NCBI RefSeq assembly: GCF_003018235.1
Contig: NZ_CP027437.1
DNA length: 64,000 nucleotides
Reading direction: 5' to 3' (one strand)
From: Escherichia coli
GTDB lineage: Bacteria; Pseudomonadota; Gammaproteobacteria; Enterobacterales; Enterobacteriaceae
Shown piece by piece: positions 10,616-23,545 of the stretch. The notes beneath the pieces were generated by a model. It worked only from the letters and a program-made list of their open reading frames with translations, did no database searches and was not told where the DNA came from. The stretch's first letter is position 1. Every line of letters begins with the position of its first letter. The position numbers and the translations under genes were made by a program.

Positions 10616-11067
10616 GGATATATCTCCTTATATAACGCAAATATATAATAATGATGAATATCGACTGTTGAGAGGGTGCTAATAAATTCGTTGCGTGAAT
10701 ATAAATATTAATTCAATAAAGAGTGAGAATGCTTTTGTGTTTCTTTTAAATATGTTGTTATCCGGTGAAACAAATATTTATGTTTAATGGATAGTAGGGG
10801 GGCAATATATCATTCACAATGTTCAATATTGTGTAGTGTGATCTCTGCAACATTGTTTTTTAATTATTAAATTTAAATCTGGTGAGATAAAAGTAAAGTA
10901 TTTAAATAATATCAATTGGTTATGTCGTGAAGTGTTCACTTACTTTAATTACAATATCGCTTGCATATGACGATTTAACATTAAATTGAATGTTAATGTT
11001 AAATAAAGGTTGGATATGTATGTGTTTATATATTGATGGGAATTATGAATGGTGGATTATAAGAGAT

Positions 11068-11090
11068 TGCCCCGCTTATCGGGGCAATAT
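11068..11090 (-). terminator. Hairpin downstream of ygiC
   Basis: Stem TTGCCCCG / CGGGGCAA with 5-nt loop just past the ygiC stop. Confidence 0.4.
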
Positions 11091-11099
11091 TAAGCTGCA

Positions 11100-12260
11100 T
11101 TATTCAACAAAAATATGCGGATAAAACCGAGACATATCCTGGGTGATCAATGCACGGTCTTCACGAATGCCAATTCCGGCAGGTTGATCGTTCACCAGCC
11201 AGCTACCAATCAGCATATAGCTGTCGCCAAATTTCGGTAACGGGTGGAATTGCTGAACAATCATCCCTTCTTCGCCATACGGACCTTCCGCTGCTTCAAT
11301 GGTTTTGCCGTTCTCAATGATCGACACGTTTGCGCCTTCACGGGAGAAGATCGGTTTAACCACATATTTTTCCATTTGCGGATGATCATCTTCCGCAAAA
11401 TAAGCGGGCAGCAGGTTCGGGTGATTCGGGAACATCTCCCACAACAGCGGTAGAAGCGCTTTGTTGGAGATAATGCTCTTCCACGCCGGTTCCAGCCAGC
11501 GTACGCCTGCATCCTCCAGCTTGGTGGAGAACATCTCACGCAGCATAAATTCCCACGGATACAGCTTGAACAGGTTAGAAATCACCTGATCTTGTAAATC
11601 CGTGAACTGACCTTTTTCGCCTAAACCGATATCGTCGATGTAGAGGAATTCAGTAGCGATTTCAGCTTCTGTCGCGCAGTCCTGCAAATACTGGATGGTT
11701 CCGCGATCTTCCACCGTGTCGCGACAGCAGGTGAGATGCAGCAACTGGAAGCCATACTGTTCACGCAACTCGACAAAGCGATCGATTAGCTTTTCTTGCA
11801 GACTGTTAAACTGGTCGCTGCCTTCCGGCAGGTTACCGGCGTTAAGCTGATCTTCCAGCCAGATCCACTGAAAGAATGCGGCTTCATACAGTGACGTTGG
11901 CGTATCGGCGTTATTTTCCAGAAGTTTAGGTTCGCCAGTACCATCCCACGCCAGATCAAGACGCGAATAAAGCGATGGCTGGTGAGTCAGCCATGACTGG
12001 CGCACAAAACTCCAGGTGTGTTTTGGAATGCGGAATTTGGTCATCAGCTCATCGCTGGCGATCACTTTTTCAACCACTTTCAGGCACATCTGGTGCAGTT
12101 CGGCGGTGACTTCTTCCAGCTTTTCAACCTGGGCGAGGGTCAACTTGTAGTAAGCATCTTCACACCAGTACGGTTCGCCGTACATGGTGTGAAAATTGAA
12201 ACCGTATTCGTGGGCTTTTTCGCGCCAGTCCGGGCGCTCGGTAATACTGACTCTTTCCAT
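11100..12260 (-). CDS. ygiC: YgiC, glutathionylspermidine synthase-like ATP-grasp protein
   Basis: 386-aa ORF matching E. coli YgiC. Confidence 0.9.
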
Positions 12261-12265
12261 CGGTA

Positions 12266-12937
12266 TCAGCCACCCATTGAACGAGAAGAGGTGCCGGTTG
12301 CGCTACGCTGCATAGTGCTTTGTTTGGCAACAGATTCACCAAAACCGCCACGAGTAACGGTGGTGGTGGTTGCCGGTTTTGGTGCCATTGCCGTCTTCGG
12401 TACGGTCATGGTGCGGCCTGGCTGGGCTGCGCCATAGTTTTTACCGGTCGCGTCGGTATATTTACCGTAAGCCGGGCTGGCCGGGTTTTTCGAGGAGAAC
12501 AGCGGCTGCTGTGCAAATCCCGCGCCGCCGCCCATCAGACGACCCATCATGTAACCGGCCATCAGCGGCATCCAGAAACTCCCGCTGGATTGCTGGGCCT
12601 GCGCCTGGTTTTCTGGTGCCATGCCAGCCTGGGCTGGTGCCTGCTGGCACTGACCTTCACCAAATTCAGCAACACAGTCTTCACGGGTGGCGTATTTCGG
12701 CGCAGTACGTTCGGCTTCTTTCAGCGCATTGTTGTACGCGGTGGTACATTCGGCGCTTTTGCCTGGGTTTGCAGCTGAACAGTCGTCAGCATTTTGATAG
12801 AGAGACACTGTTTCATCACTCTTTTCACAGCCAGCCAGCATAAAAACAGTGGCAACCGCGAGAGCGACTGGTGTCAGATGGCGTGCGCTCCAGTTTTTGC
12901 GGAACGATGCGTGGCGTATGGATTTTGTCCGTTTCAT
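12266..12937 (-). CDS. ygiB: YgiB, DUF1190 lipoprotein
   Basis: 223-aa translation from [12 protein letters not shown]... with lipobox LAGC; start at internal Met of the longer ORF. Confidence 0.85.
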
Positions 12938-13084
12938 TTTTGTCTTCCGGGACCAGTGGTAAATACCCATCAGAATAGAGGATGGCTGGTCGAAATTGAA
13001 GCGAGAAGGGGGAAGAATGCGGCAGATAACCCGTATCTTTACGTTGCCTTACGTTTAGACGGGGCCGAAGCCCCGTCGTCGTCA

Positions 13085-14566
13085 TCAGTTACGGAAAGGG
13101 TTATGACCGTTACTGGTGGTAGTGCGTGCGGATGTTTGCTGAACGACGGGTGCCGGGCTATCAGGCGCATAGCCATCAGCAATAGCATTCTGTTCCGGCG
13201 TTTGCGGGGCAACGTTTTCCGGATTAGTGGAAACCGGTTTGCTCAGCGCATTGTTCAGTGCCAGCAGATCCTGCTCGTTCAACGTACCCAGAGCTGACTT
13301 AATATTCAACTGGTTAATCAGGTAGTTATAACGCGCATTTGCCAGCTCTTGCTTAGCGTTGTACAGCGTGGTGGTCGCATCCAACACATCAACAATGGTA
13401 CGCGTACCGACCGAGTAACCCGCCTCCATCGCGTCTAATGAGCTTTGAGCGGAAACTACGGCTTGTTTGTAGGCGTTAATGCTACTGATAGAAGCATTAA
13501 TGTTGTTGAAGGAGGAACGTACGGTTTGTACGACGCTACGATGCGCGCTTTCCAGTTGCTCGCTGGCACCAACAAAGTTGTACTGGGCCTGTTTCACCTG
13601 CGAGTTAACCATTCCGCCCTGATAAATCGGCAGCGAGAAGCTCAGGCCAACTTTGTTCTGGCCCATATTGCTATCGTCATACTGGGTACCAGCGGCACCA
13701 CGGGTTTTCGAACCGCTATAAGAGGTGTCAGAAATCCCGGTAGAAGCCGTTAAATCCAGAGTCGGTAAGTGACCATCCTGCGCCTGGCGAATTTGCTCGC
13801 GTGCCAGGTCCTGGCTCAAGCGCGCCTGTAACAACGACAGGTTGCGTTTTTCGGCTTCTTTCAGCAGCGTGTTAACCGGCTGTGGTTTGTCGGTTTTAAA
13901 GTTTTCGACATTCAGCGCCGCCAGTTCCGGATAGTAGTTACCGGTGATCTGGCGCAGCTGCTCTACCGCGTTATCAAGGTTATTACGTGCGGTCACTTCG
14001 TTCGCCAGCACGGTATCGTACTGTGCGCGGGCGTTCTGCACGTCAGTGATTGCTACCAGGCCCACGTTAAAACGTTGGGTGGTTTGATCTAATTGACGGT
14101 AGATCGCTTCTTTTTGCGCCTGTGTATAGGAAAGAACGTCAATAGCATTCAACACGTTGAAATAAGCGGTCGCGGTGTTGAGGATCAAGGTTTGTTGATC
14201 GGTCTGATACGTGACGTCCTGAATCCCAGCTGCTTTTTCCTGCAGCGTTAACGCACGCCATTTCGACATATCAAAAATGGATTGAGTTAACTGCAGGGAC
14301 GCACTGGTCGCGTTAGAGTTGATGCCGTTCGCGTCGCGGTAGCCGTTGCTATAGGTGTAATCTGCACCTAAACCTAGCTGTGGCAGTAATGGACTGCGCG
14401 CTTCATTAATTTTTTCAAAGGCAGCATCACGATCGGCGGCAGACTTACGCAATTCCGGGTTACTAAGGCGTGCTTGCTGATAAACTTGCATCAGGTTCTC
14501 GGCCTGGCTCAACGAACTGAACCCAGAAAGGCTCAGGCCGATAAGAATGGGGAGCAATTTCTTCAT
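13085..14566 (-). CDS. tolC: TolC, outer membrane efflux channel
   Basis: 493-aa translation from MKKLLPILIGLSLSGFSSLSQA... matches TolC. Confidence 0.95.
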   Translation of the reverse strand: MKKLLPILIGLSLSGFSSLSQAENLMQVYQQARLSNPELRKSAADRDAAFEKINEARSPLLPQLGLGADYTYSNGYRDANGINSNATSASLQLTQSIFDMSKWRALTLQEKAAGIQDVTYQTDQQTLILNTATAYFNVLNAIDVLSYTQAQKEAIYRQLDQTTQRFNVGLVAITDVQNARAQYDTVLANEVTARNNLDNAVEQLRQITGNYYPELAALNVENFKTDKPQPVNTLLKEAEKRNLSLLQARLSQDLAREQIRQAQDGHLPTLDLTASTGISDTSYSGSKTRGAAGTQYDDSNMGQNKVGLSFSLPIYQGGMVNSQVKQAQYNFVGASEQLESAHRSVVQTVRSSFNNINASISSINAYKQAVVSAQSSLDAMEAGYSVGTRTIVDVLDATTTLYNAKQELANARYNYLINQLNIKSALGTLNEQDLLALNNALSKPVSTNPENVAPQTPEQNAIADGYAPDSPAPVVQQTSARTTTSNGHNPFRN

Positions 14567-14641
14567 TTGCATTCCTTGTGGTGAAGCAGTATTTAGCGCG
14601 ATCAAACTGTAAAATTATTGCGGATTCTAGCAGAAGCCGCT

Positions 14642-14669
14642 ACCGCAAAAGGTTGGCGTTACGTGCCAT
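14642..14669 (-). promoter_or_regulatory. Possible mar/sox/rob box in the tolC promoter region
   Basis: Minus-strand GCACGTAACGCCAACCTTTTGCGGT resembles the MarA/SoxS/Rob box (GCAC ... RYYAAAY); by-eye match only. Confidence 0.3.
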
Positions 14670-14770
14670 AGGGCGTTAATGTGCCTCAATTTAACACATG
14701 ACTGCTCAAACGGCAGTCAAACGTCGCTGAAATTCACATTTAATTCACTATTAGTGCCAGGACATTAACA

Positions 14771-15400
14771 ATGCTTAAGCCAGACAACCTGCCCGTTACA
14801 TTTGGCAAAAACGATGTAGAAATTATTGCACGAGAAACACTTTATCGCGGCTTTTTTTCATTAGATCTTTATAGATTTCGTCATCGTCTATTCAACGGGC
14901 AAATGAGTCATGAGGTACGGCGGGAAATTTTTGAGCGCGGTCACGCCGCAGTCTTGCTACCCTTTGACCCAGTGCGTGATGAAGTTGTGCTGATTGAGCA
15001 GATTCGAATTGCCGCGTACGACACTAGCGAAACCCCCTGGCTACTGGAGATGGTTGCCGGGATGATTGAAGAGGGTGAAAGTGTGGAAGATGTTGCCCGT
15101 CGCGAAGCGATTGAAGAGGCGGGGCTGATAGTCAAACGGACCAAACCGGTGTTAAGTTTCCTGGCAAGCCCGGGGGGCACCAGTGAGCGTTCGTCAATTA
15201 TGGTGGGCGAAGTGGACGCCACGACCGCAAGCGGTATTCACGGTCTGGCTGATGAAAACGAAGATATTCGCGTTCATGTGGTAAGCCGGGAACAGGCATA
15301 CCAGTGGGTAGAAGAGGGGAAAATCGACAACGCAGCGTCGGTCATCGCTTTGCAATGGCTGCAGCTGCATCATCAAGCGTTAAAAAATGAGTGGGCATAA
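14771..15400 (+). CDS. nudF: NudF, ADP-ribose pyrophosphatase
   Basis: 209-aa ORF with Nudix box, matches NudF. Confidence 0.95.
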
Positions 15401-15823
15401 ATGAAGCGTTACACACCTGACTTTCCTGAAATGATGCGCCTGTGCGAGATGAACTTTTCACAATTGCGCCGTTTGTTACCGCGCAATGACGCACCCGGCG
15501 AAACTGTAAGCTATCAGGTGGCAAACGCACAATATCGGCTGACGATTGTGGAATCGACCCGATACACTACCCTGGTGACAATAGAACAGACTGCGCCCGC
15601 GATCAGTTACTGGAGCCTTCCGTCAATGACGGTGCGTCTGTATCATGACGCGATGGTGGCTGAAGTGTGTTCAAGCCAGCAGATTTTTCGCTTCAAAGCG
15701 CGGTATGATTATCCTAATAAAAAGTTGCATCAACGCGACGAAAAGCATCAAATTAATCAGTTTCTAGCGGACTGGTTGCGATACTGTTTAGCACATGGAG
15801 CGATGGCGATTCCGGTTTACTAG
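15401..15823 (+). CDS. yqiB: YqiB, DUF1249 protein
   Basis: 140-aa ORF abutting the nudF stop. Confidence 0.85.
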
Positions 15824-15847
15824 CGTCGTGAAACCTAAGGACACCAT

Positions 15848-16675
15848 TTGGAAAGCCTGTTAACCCTTCCTCTGGCTGGTGAGGCCAGAGTCAGGATTTT
15901 ACAAATTACCGACACTCACCTGTTTGCGCAAAAGCACGAAGCCCTGTTAGGGGTAAACACCTGGGAAAGCTACCAGGCGGTGCTGGAGGCGATTCGGCCA
16001 CACCAGCACGAATTCGACCTGATTGTCGCGACAGGTGATTTAGCGCAGGATCAATCCTCTGCGGCCTATCAGCATTTCGCTGAAGGCATCGCAAGTTTTC
16101 GTGCGCCCTGCGTCTGGCTGCCGGGCAACCACGATTTCCAGCCCGCGATGTACAGCGCGTTACAGGATGCGGGTATCTCCCCGGCGAAGCGGGTGTTTAT
16201 TGGTGAGCAATGGCAAATCCTGTTGCTGGATAGCCAGGTGTTTGGCGTGCCGCACGGTGAGCTGAGCGAGTTTCAGCTTGAGTGGCTGGAACGTAAACTG
16301 GCCGATGCGCCAGAACGCCATACGTTGCTGCTGCTGCATCATCATCCGCTACCTGCAGGTTGTAGTTGGCTTGATCAACACAGCCTGCGTAACGCGGGCG
16401 AACTGGATACCGTGCTGGCGAAGTTTCCGCACGTCAAATACTTGCTGTGCGGTCATATTCATCAGGAGCTGGATCTCGACTGGAACGGTCGCCGCCTGCT
16501 GGCAACGCCGTCGACCTGTGTGCAGTTTAAGCCGCACTGTTCCAACTTTACGCTGGACACCATCGCGCCCGGCTGGCGTACTCTCGAGTTACATGCTGAT
16601 GGCACGCTGACCACCGAGGTGCATCGCCTGGCGGACACACGTTTCCAACCTGATACCGCTTCAGAAGGCTACTGA
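15848..16675 (+). CDS. cpdA: CpdA, 3',5'-cAMP phosphodiesterase
   Basis: 275-aa ORF matching CpdA; starts at TTG. Confidence 0.9.
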   Translation: MESLLTLPLAGEARVRILQITDTHLFAQKHEALLGVNTWESYQAVLEAIRPHQHEFDLIVATGDLAQDQSSAAYQHFAEGIASFRAPCVWLPGNHDFQPAMYSALQDAGISPAKRVFIGEQWQILLLDSQVFGVPHGELSEFQLEWLERKLADAPERHTLLLLHHHPLPAGCSWLDQHSLRNAGELDTVLAKFPHVKYLLCGHIHQELDLDWNGRRLLATPSTCVQFKPHCSNFTLDTIAPGWRTLELHADGTLTTEVHRLADTRFQPDTASEGY

Positions 16676-17256
16676 TGTCTACGCTTCTTTATTTACACGG
16701 TTTCAACAGCTCGCCGCGCTCTGCAAAAGCGAGCTTGTTAAAAAACTGGTTGGCGGAACATCACCCTGACGTAGAGATGATCATTCCGCAGTTGCCGCCG
16801 TATCCTTCCGATGCGGCAGAACTGCTGGAATCCATTGTCCTGGAACATGGCGGCGATTCGCTGGGTATTGTCGGTTCGTCACTGGGGGGATATTACGCCA
16901 CCTGGTTGTCGCAATGTTTTATGCTGCCCGCAGTGGTGGTCAACCCGGCGGTGCGCCCGTTTGAACTGCTGACGGACTATCTCGGTCAGAACGAGAACCC
17001 CTACACCGGGCAGCAATATGTGCTAGAGTCACGCCATATTTACGATCTCAAAGTCATGCAGATTGACCCGCTGGAAGCGCCGGATTTGATCTGGCTGCTG
17101 CAACAGACGGGAGATGAAGTGCTGGATTACCGCCAGGCGGTGGCGTACTACGCTTCCTGCCGCCAGACTGTCATAGAAGGCGGCAACCACGCATTCACGG
17201 GCTTCGAAGATTATTTCAACCCGATCGTCGATTTTCTTGGTCTGCACCATCTCTGA
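16675..17256 (+). CDS. yqiA: YqiA, esterase
   Basis: 193-aa alpha/beta hydrolase; start overlaps the cpdA stop by 1 nt. Confidence 0.9.
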   Translation: MSTLLYLHGFNSSPRSAKASLLKNWLAEHHPDVEMIIPQLPPYPSDAAELLESIVLEHGGDSLGIVGSSLGGYYATWLSQCFMLPAVVVNPAVRPFELLTDYLGQNENPYTGQQYVLESRHIYDLKVMQIDPLEAPDLIWLLQQTGDEVLDYRQAVAYYASCRQTVIEGGNHAFTGFEDYFNPIVDFLGLHHL

Positions 17257-17281
17257 CGATCAACTCGAATTGCTAACTTAA

Positions 17282-19177
<1,896 letters not shown>

Positions 19178-19206
19178 TAATCCTCCCGCCAGAAGAATAA
19201 AACATA

Positions 19207-19238
19207 GCCCGGTATACAAGTGTATACCGGGCTTTTTT
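19207..19238. terminator. Rho-independent terminator after parE, shared with the convergent receptor gene
   Basis: Stem GCCCGGTATAC / GTATACCGGGC followed by TTTTTT. Confidence 0.7.
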
Positions 19239-19240
19239 GA

Positions 19241-21382
19241 TCAAAATTCCATTTTCACCGTGAATTGCACTTCACGCGGATCGCCAATCTGATTCCCCAG
19301 ATTATTTGTGGCGATGGAAGAGGTGTAATACGTTTTATCAAACAGGTTTTTGACGTTTAATTGCAGTGTGACCGGATACTGCAATTTCATTTTGTATGCG
19401 GCGAAGGCATCGGCAACGAAATAGCCTGGCAGATAATAGTCAGCCCCATTGGTTGCCGAACGACGGCTTACGCCATGTCCACCACCGCCAAACGTCAGTG
19501 TGTTATTGCCTGGCATGTTATGAATGTCATAGGTCAGGAATAGCGAACCGGTATGACGAGGAACATTCGGCAATGGTTTCCCTGCATAATCAGGATCCTC
19601 CAGAACCTTAGCATCGGTATAGCCGTAGCTGGCAATGATATTAATGTTTTCAGTTAATGCTCCCGCAAGGTCGACTTCTACCCCTCTTGAACGAACGCGG
19701 CCTGCCGTTTTGGCGATGGTTTCATCACCAATACTTTCGGTATACAACACGTTACGTTTATGGATATCAAACAGCGCAATATCTGCGGTTATACCATCGA
19801 ACAGCTCGAATTTTGCCCCGACTTCGTAAGCATTAGATGATTCCGGTGGAAGATCGCCAATGTAGCTGGCAATTGACGATTGCGGCATAAATGTTTGCGA
19901 ATAATTAGCAAATAAGGATACCGATGGCGTCAGTTTGTAGACTAACCCCAGTTTGGGCGTCCATTGTTCATCGCGGCTGTCAGTATTGACATTAAAAGGA
20001 CGGCCTTTACCCGCATACTGCGTGTAATACTGATAGCGGATCCCGGCGACGGCAATCCAGTTATCGGTCAGATAGAGTGCGTCCTGTGCATACGCTGAGT
20101 AGCTCTCCTGTTTGATCGTCTGATCACTGTCCGACGCCGAAACCGTTGTACATTTGCTGGTATTACCATAAACAGGGTTGTAGATATTGAAATCTTTAGC
20201 TTTTTTACAGCGAATCATATCTGTGCGCAGAAGATCATAATATTCATATGACACCCCACCCAGAATCTCATTATAGAACCCAGCAATATCAACATTCCCT
20301 TGCAGATCCGCACGAGTAGAATGCATACGCTGGGTAGATCCCTGAGTTGCATCAACACGCCGTGTCAGCGTTCCTGTCGTTGCATCATACGCGGTAACGC
20401 GAGCCTGATTGTCGCTGTATTTATCCTGGCTGTAGCTGTAATCAAAGCGCGCTGTCCACTGGCTATTGAGATGATATTCTGCGTTGAGTTGCGCCAGATC
20501 GGACTGACCATCTGTAATATTAAACGGTTCGTCAAAACGTATTTTTCGATCAACGTTTACGGGCTGTTTCGTCGTAAGGTCGAAAATCGTTCCACGATCG
20601 AACGGAGTTTTATAGTCCCGATGGGAATAGAGCATAGTTACTGTTGCATTATCACCAAACCAGGTGAGTGACGGGGCAATAAATGTACTGCGCTCTTTAC
20701 CGAAGTTTCGCCAGTAATCTTCATCCTGCACTTCCCCCGTCAGGCGGTATGCCAGCTGAGTGCCTTCAATGGGACCTGTGATATCAAGTTGCCCAGTGCC
20801 TCCGCCAAAACTGGAGGAGGTGGCTGAAACCGAACCATGGAATGTTTTTTCCGGGCGCTTGGTCACGACGTTAATCAGTCCACCAGGATCGAGAATGCCA
20901 TACAGCGTGGAGGCCGGACCTTTTAGCACTTCCACACGTTCTGTGGCGGCGTTGAAACTGCGAGGAAGTACAGTTCGCAGGCCGTTGGTCATGATGGAGC
21001 CATCCCGGTTAGCACCAAACCCACGACGTACAAAGGCGTCCTGAGTTCCGCCTAATGTATTGGTCTGTACCACGTTACTGACGTTATAAAGCGCTTCATC
21101 CAGCGTCGTCGCATTCTGATTTTCCAGAACCTGATCGCTAACCGTATTGACCACCTGCGGGATATCCAACATCGGCATATCGGTTAATGTCGCCGTGGAA
21201 GTGCTCAGAGGTTGATAACCATCGGTCGCCTCAGTTGCGGTATTTGCATCCGCTGTAACAGTGATTGTTTCGCCATCTTTGGTCGTTGCAGTGTCGGTTG
21301 CATGAATCATTGGTGCTGCAAAGAGCAGTGAAAAGAGCGCCCGACCTTTGATTCCTGAGAATGAAGGTGTGAACTTAGCCAT
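19241..21382 (-). CDS. TonB-dependent outer membrane receptor (siderophore/metal-chelate type)
   Basis: 713-aa ORF; signal peptide; TonB-box-like ETITVTA; plug plus beta-barrel; C-terminal aromatic residue (…KMEF). Confidence 0.9.
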   Translation of the reverse strand: MAKFTPSFSGIKGRALFSLLFAAPMIHATDTATTKDGETITVTADANTATEATDGYQPLSTSTATLTDMPMLDIPQVVNTVSDQVLENQNATTLDEALYNVSNVVQTNTLGGTQDAFVRRGFGANRDGSIMTNGLRTVLPRSFNAATERVEVLKGPASTLYGILDPGGLINVVTKRPEKTFHGSVSATSSSFGGGTGQLDITGPIEGTQLAYRLTGEVQDEDYWRNFGKERSTFIAPSLTWFGDNATVTMLYSHRDYKTPFDRGTIFDLTTKQPVNVDRKIRFDEPFNITDGQSDLAQLNAEYHLNSQWTARFDYSYSQDKYSDNQARVTAYDATTGTLTRRVDATQGSTQRMHSTRADLQGNVDIAGFYNEILGGVSYEYYDLLRTDMIRCKKAKDFNIYNPVYGNTSKCTTVSASDSDQTIKQESYSAYAQDALYLTDNWIAVAGIRYQYYTQYAGKGRPFNVNTDSRDEQWTPKLGLVYKLTPSVSLFANYSQTFMPQSSIASYIGDLPPESSNAYEVGAKFELFDGITADIALFDIHKRNVLYTESIGDETIAKTAGRVRSRGVEVDLAGALTENINIIASYGYTDAKVLEDPDYAGKPLPNVPRHTGSLFLTYDIHNMPGNNTLTFGGGGHGVSRRSATNGADYYLPGYFVADAFAAYKMKLQYPVTLQLNVKNLFDKTYYTSSIATNNLGNQIGDPREVQFTVKMEF

Positions 21383-21481
21383 TTAGTCTGTTATCCCAAA
21401 AACTCACGGATTGTCGTGAGTGAAAATTGTTTCTTGTTGCTCACTAAGCACTATCCGTTTGTTATTTCACCATCGGATATG

Positions 21482-21500
21482 TAATTGAGAATCATTCAAC
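21482..21500. promoter_or_regulatory. Fur-box-like site in the divergent receptor/ABC promoter region
   Basis: TAATTGAGAATCATTCAAC; core TGAGAATCATT matches Fur consensus TGATAATCATT at 10 of 11 positions. Confidence 0.4.
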
Positions 21501-21755
21501 CATGCGGTGATGTAGTAGTAAATGAGAAATAACAAAAAATTGCTACATGTGTTTTTATGAGAGGTTAATGCAATTCAATTGATGGTAATTTATTAATATT
21601 TAATGGTTTTATTTTTATCTTTAAAAATATTTCACCTGTTATTTACCTTGTTTTTGTATGGCTTTTAACTTCTTGACTACTACATTTTGTGGCGTCAAAC
21701 TCTCAAAGGAGAATGAGTTTTATTTTTGTTTGTCTTTGATTAAGTTGGCGTACAC

Positions 21756-22565
21756 GTGGCACATAACGCAAAAGGGCAGGGGCTGATCCTCGACAATGTT
21801 TCTGCCGGGTATCACACGAAAATCATTGTTGATGGCGTTTCTTTCTCCGTTCCCACAGAAAAAATGACCGTTCTGGTTGGGGCAAACGGCTGTGGAAAGT
21901 CGACGTTGCTCAGCACCATTGCACGTATCTTGCAACCTATGGGCGGCTCGATATTGCTGGATGGTAAAGCGATTCACGAGCAACCAACGAAAGCGTTATC
22001 CCGTAGACTTGGGATCTTGCCGCAGTCGCCATTATTGCCGGAGGGCTTAACCGTTTATGAACTGGTGTCGCGTGGGCGTTTTCCCTGGCAGAATTTCATT
22101 CGTCAATGGAGCGACGCCGACGAGCAGGCGGTAGAAGAGGCCCTGAAATTAACCGGTACGCAGGAGTTTGCACATTTACCTGTTGAAAAACTTTCTGGTG
22201 GGCAGCGCCAGCGTTGCTGGATTGCGATGGTGTTGGCGCAAAAGACGCCTTATATCCTGCTGGATGAACCCACAACCTGGCTTGATTTACGTTATCAGGT
22301 TGAAATTCTTGAGTTATTACATGATTTAACGCGTCATCACGGGCGTACAGTCGTCGTGGTGTTGCATGATCTGAATTTTGCCGTCAATTATGGTGATACG
22401 TTGATATTTTTACGCCAGGGGAAAGTGGTGCGTGTGTTGAATGAGGGGGAGCATTGCACGCCTGAGCTGGTAAAAGCTGTCTTTGACGTTGATGTTCACG
22501 CATCAATAAATCCTCTGACGGGAAAGCCGTTCTTCATGCCGTTTCGTGGTGTAGAAAAAGTATGA
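21756..22565 (+). CDS. ABC transporter ATP-binding protein (FepC/FecE-like)
   Basis: Walker A GANGCGKST, signature LSGGQRQR, Walker B ILLDEPT, H-loop; GTG start. Confidence 0.85.
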   Translation: MAHNAKGQGLILDNVSAGYHTKIIVDGVSFSVPTEKMTVLVGANGCGKSTLLSTIARILQPMGGSILLDGKAIHEQPTKALSRRLGILPQSPLLPEGLTVYELVSRGRFPWQNFIRQWSDADEQAVEEALKLTGTQEFAHLPVEKLSGGQRQRCWIAMVLAQKTPYILLDEPTTWLDLRYQVEILELLHDLTRHHGRTVVVVLHDLNFAVNYGDTLIFLRQGKVVRVLNEGEHCTPELVKAVFDVDVHASINPLTGKPFFMPFRGVEKV

Positions 22566-23545
22566 TGCGCACAGGGCTGGTTACTGTAATTTTCCTCGCC
22601 TTACTGCTGGTGGGATGCGTGGTATATCCAGGGATTGGTGCCCGATTTATTGCACCACAAACGGTGTTGCAGGCATTTCTTCATTTTGAACCGCAAAACT
22701 TCGATCACAACGTAATTGTAAGACTCCGTTTGCCGCGTTTAGCGGCAGCATTGCTTACCGGTGCTTCTCTTGGAGTTGCTGGTGCTTTGTTGCAGGCTGT
22801 CATTCGTAACCCATTGGGGGAGCCACATATTTTAGGCTTAAATGCCGGAGCCGCTCTTGCTGTCGTTGCTGCCAGTGCGCTTGGGCTGGCCTTTCCGGTT
22901 GGACGCCCACTGCTGGCATCTACGGGCGGCGCGTTATTGTTCCTGTTGATATTGCTGCTTTCCTCCGCAGGGCGTTCAGGGTTAACGCCAATGAAAGTTA
23001 CTTTATGCGGCGTGGCGCTATCGGCGTTCGTGTCCTCAATAACGGCTGCAATCCTGATTCTTGACGAACAAACACTGCTGGCGATGCGGACATGGCTAGC
23101 AGGTGATTTAGCGGGGCAGGATTGGGCGACGCTGGGTACGTCCGCCTGGTTTTCTCTGGGGGGGGTTGTGTTAGCCATTTACCTTGCGCCCTCTCTTAAC
23201 ATGTTGGCACTGGGTGATCGCATGGCGCAGGGGCTGGGCGTCTCGGTACTCCGCACGCGAACATTCACTCTGCTTGCGATCGCGTTGCTCTGTGGCGCAG
23301 CCGTATCGATTGCTGGCCCCATTGGTTTTGTCGGTCTGCTAGTACCGCAGATTGTCAGGCGTCTGGTATCTGCGGATCTGCGCGTTCTGCTCCCTCTTTC
23401 AGCTTGTGTCGGTGCCTTACTGCTATTACTGGCAGATATTATTGCCCGGACGCTTTTCACGCCCCATGAGCTGGCGACCGGTGTCATGACGGCGTTAGTT
23501 GGTGCGCCCGTTTTTGTCATTATGGCGACGAGGATGTTCAAATGA
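22562..23545 (+). CDS. ABC transporter permease, FecCD family
   Basis: 327-aa multi-TM ORF; start overlaps the ATPase stop. Confidence 0.85.
   Translation: MMRTGLVTVIFLALLLVGCVVYPGIGARFIAPQTVLQAFLHFEPQNFDHNVIVRLRLPRLAAALLTGASLGVAGALLQAVIRNPLGEPHILGLNAGAALAVVAASALGLAFPVGRPLLASTGGALLFLLILLLSSAGRSGLTPMKVTLCGVALSAFVSSITAAILILDEQTLLAMRTWLAGDLAGQDWATLGTSAWFSLGGVVLAIYLAPSLNMLALGDRMAQGLGVSVLRTRTFTLLAIALLCGAAVSIAGPIGFVGLLVPQIVRRLVSADLRVLLPLSACVGALLLLLADIIARTLFTPHELATGVMTALVGAPVFVIMATRMFK

Noticed and set aside
13040-13084. Hairpin GACGGGGCCGAAGCCCCGTC downstream of tolC as a terminator
   Set aside because: No U-rich tract on the transcribed strand, and tolC is expected to be co-transcribed with ygiB-ygiC; more likely a stability element or partial terminator, so not called.
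14606-14770. Precise tolC and nudF promoter elements (-10/-35)
   Set aside because: Several candidate hexamers exist; cannot choose between them without transcription start data.
22705-23541. Two minus-strand ORFs (157 and 120 aa) antisense to the island permease gene
   Set aside because: Ala/Pro/Ser/Arg-rich translations typical of antisense frames of GC-rich membrane-protein genes.
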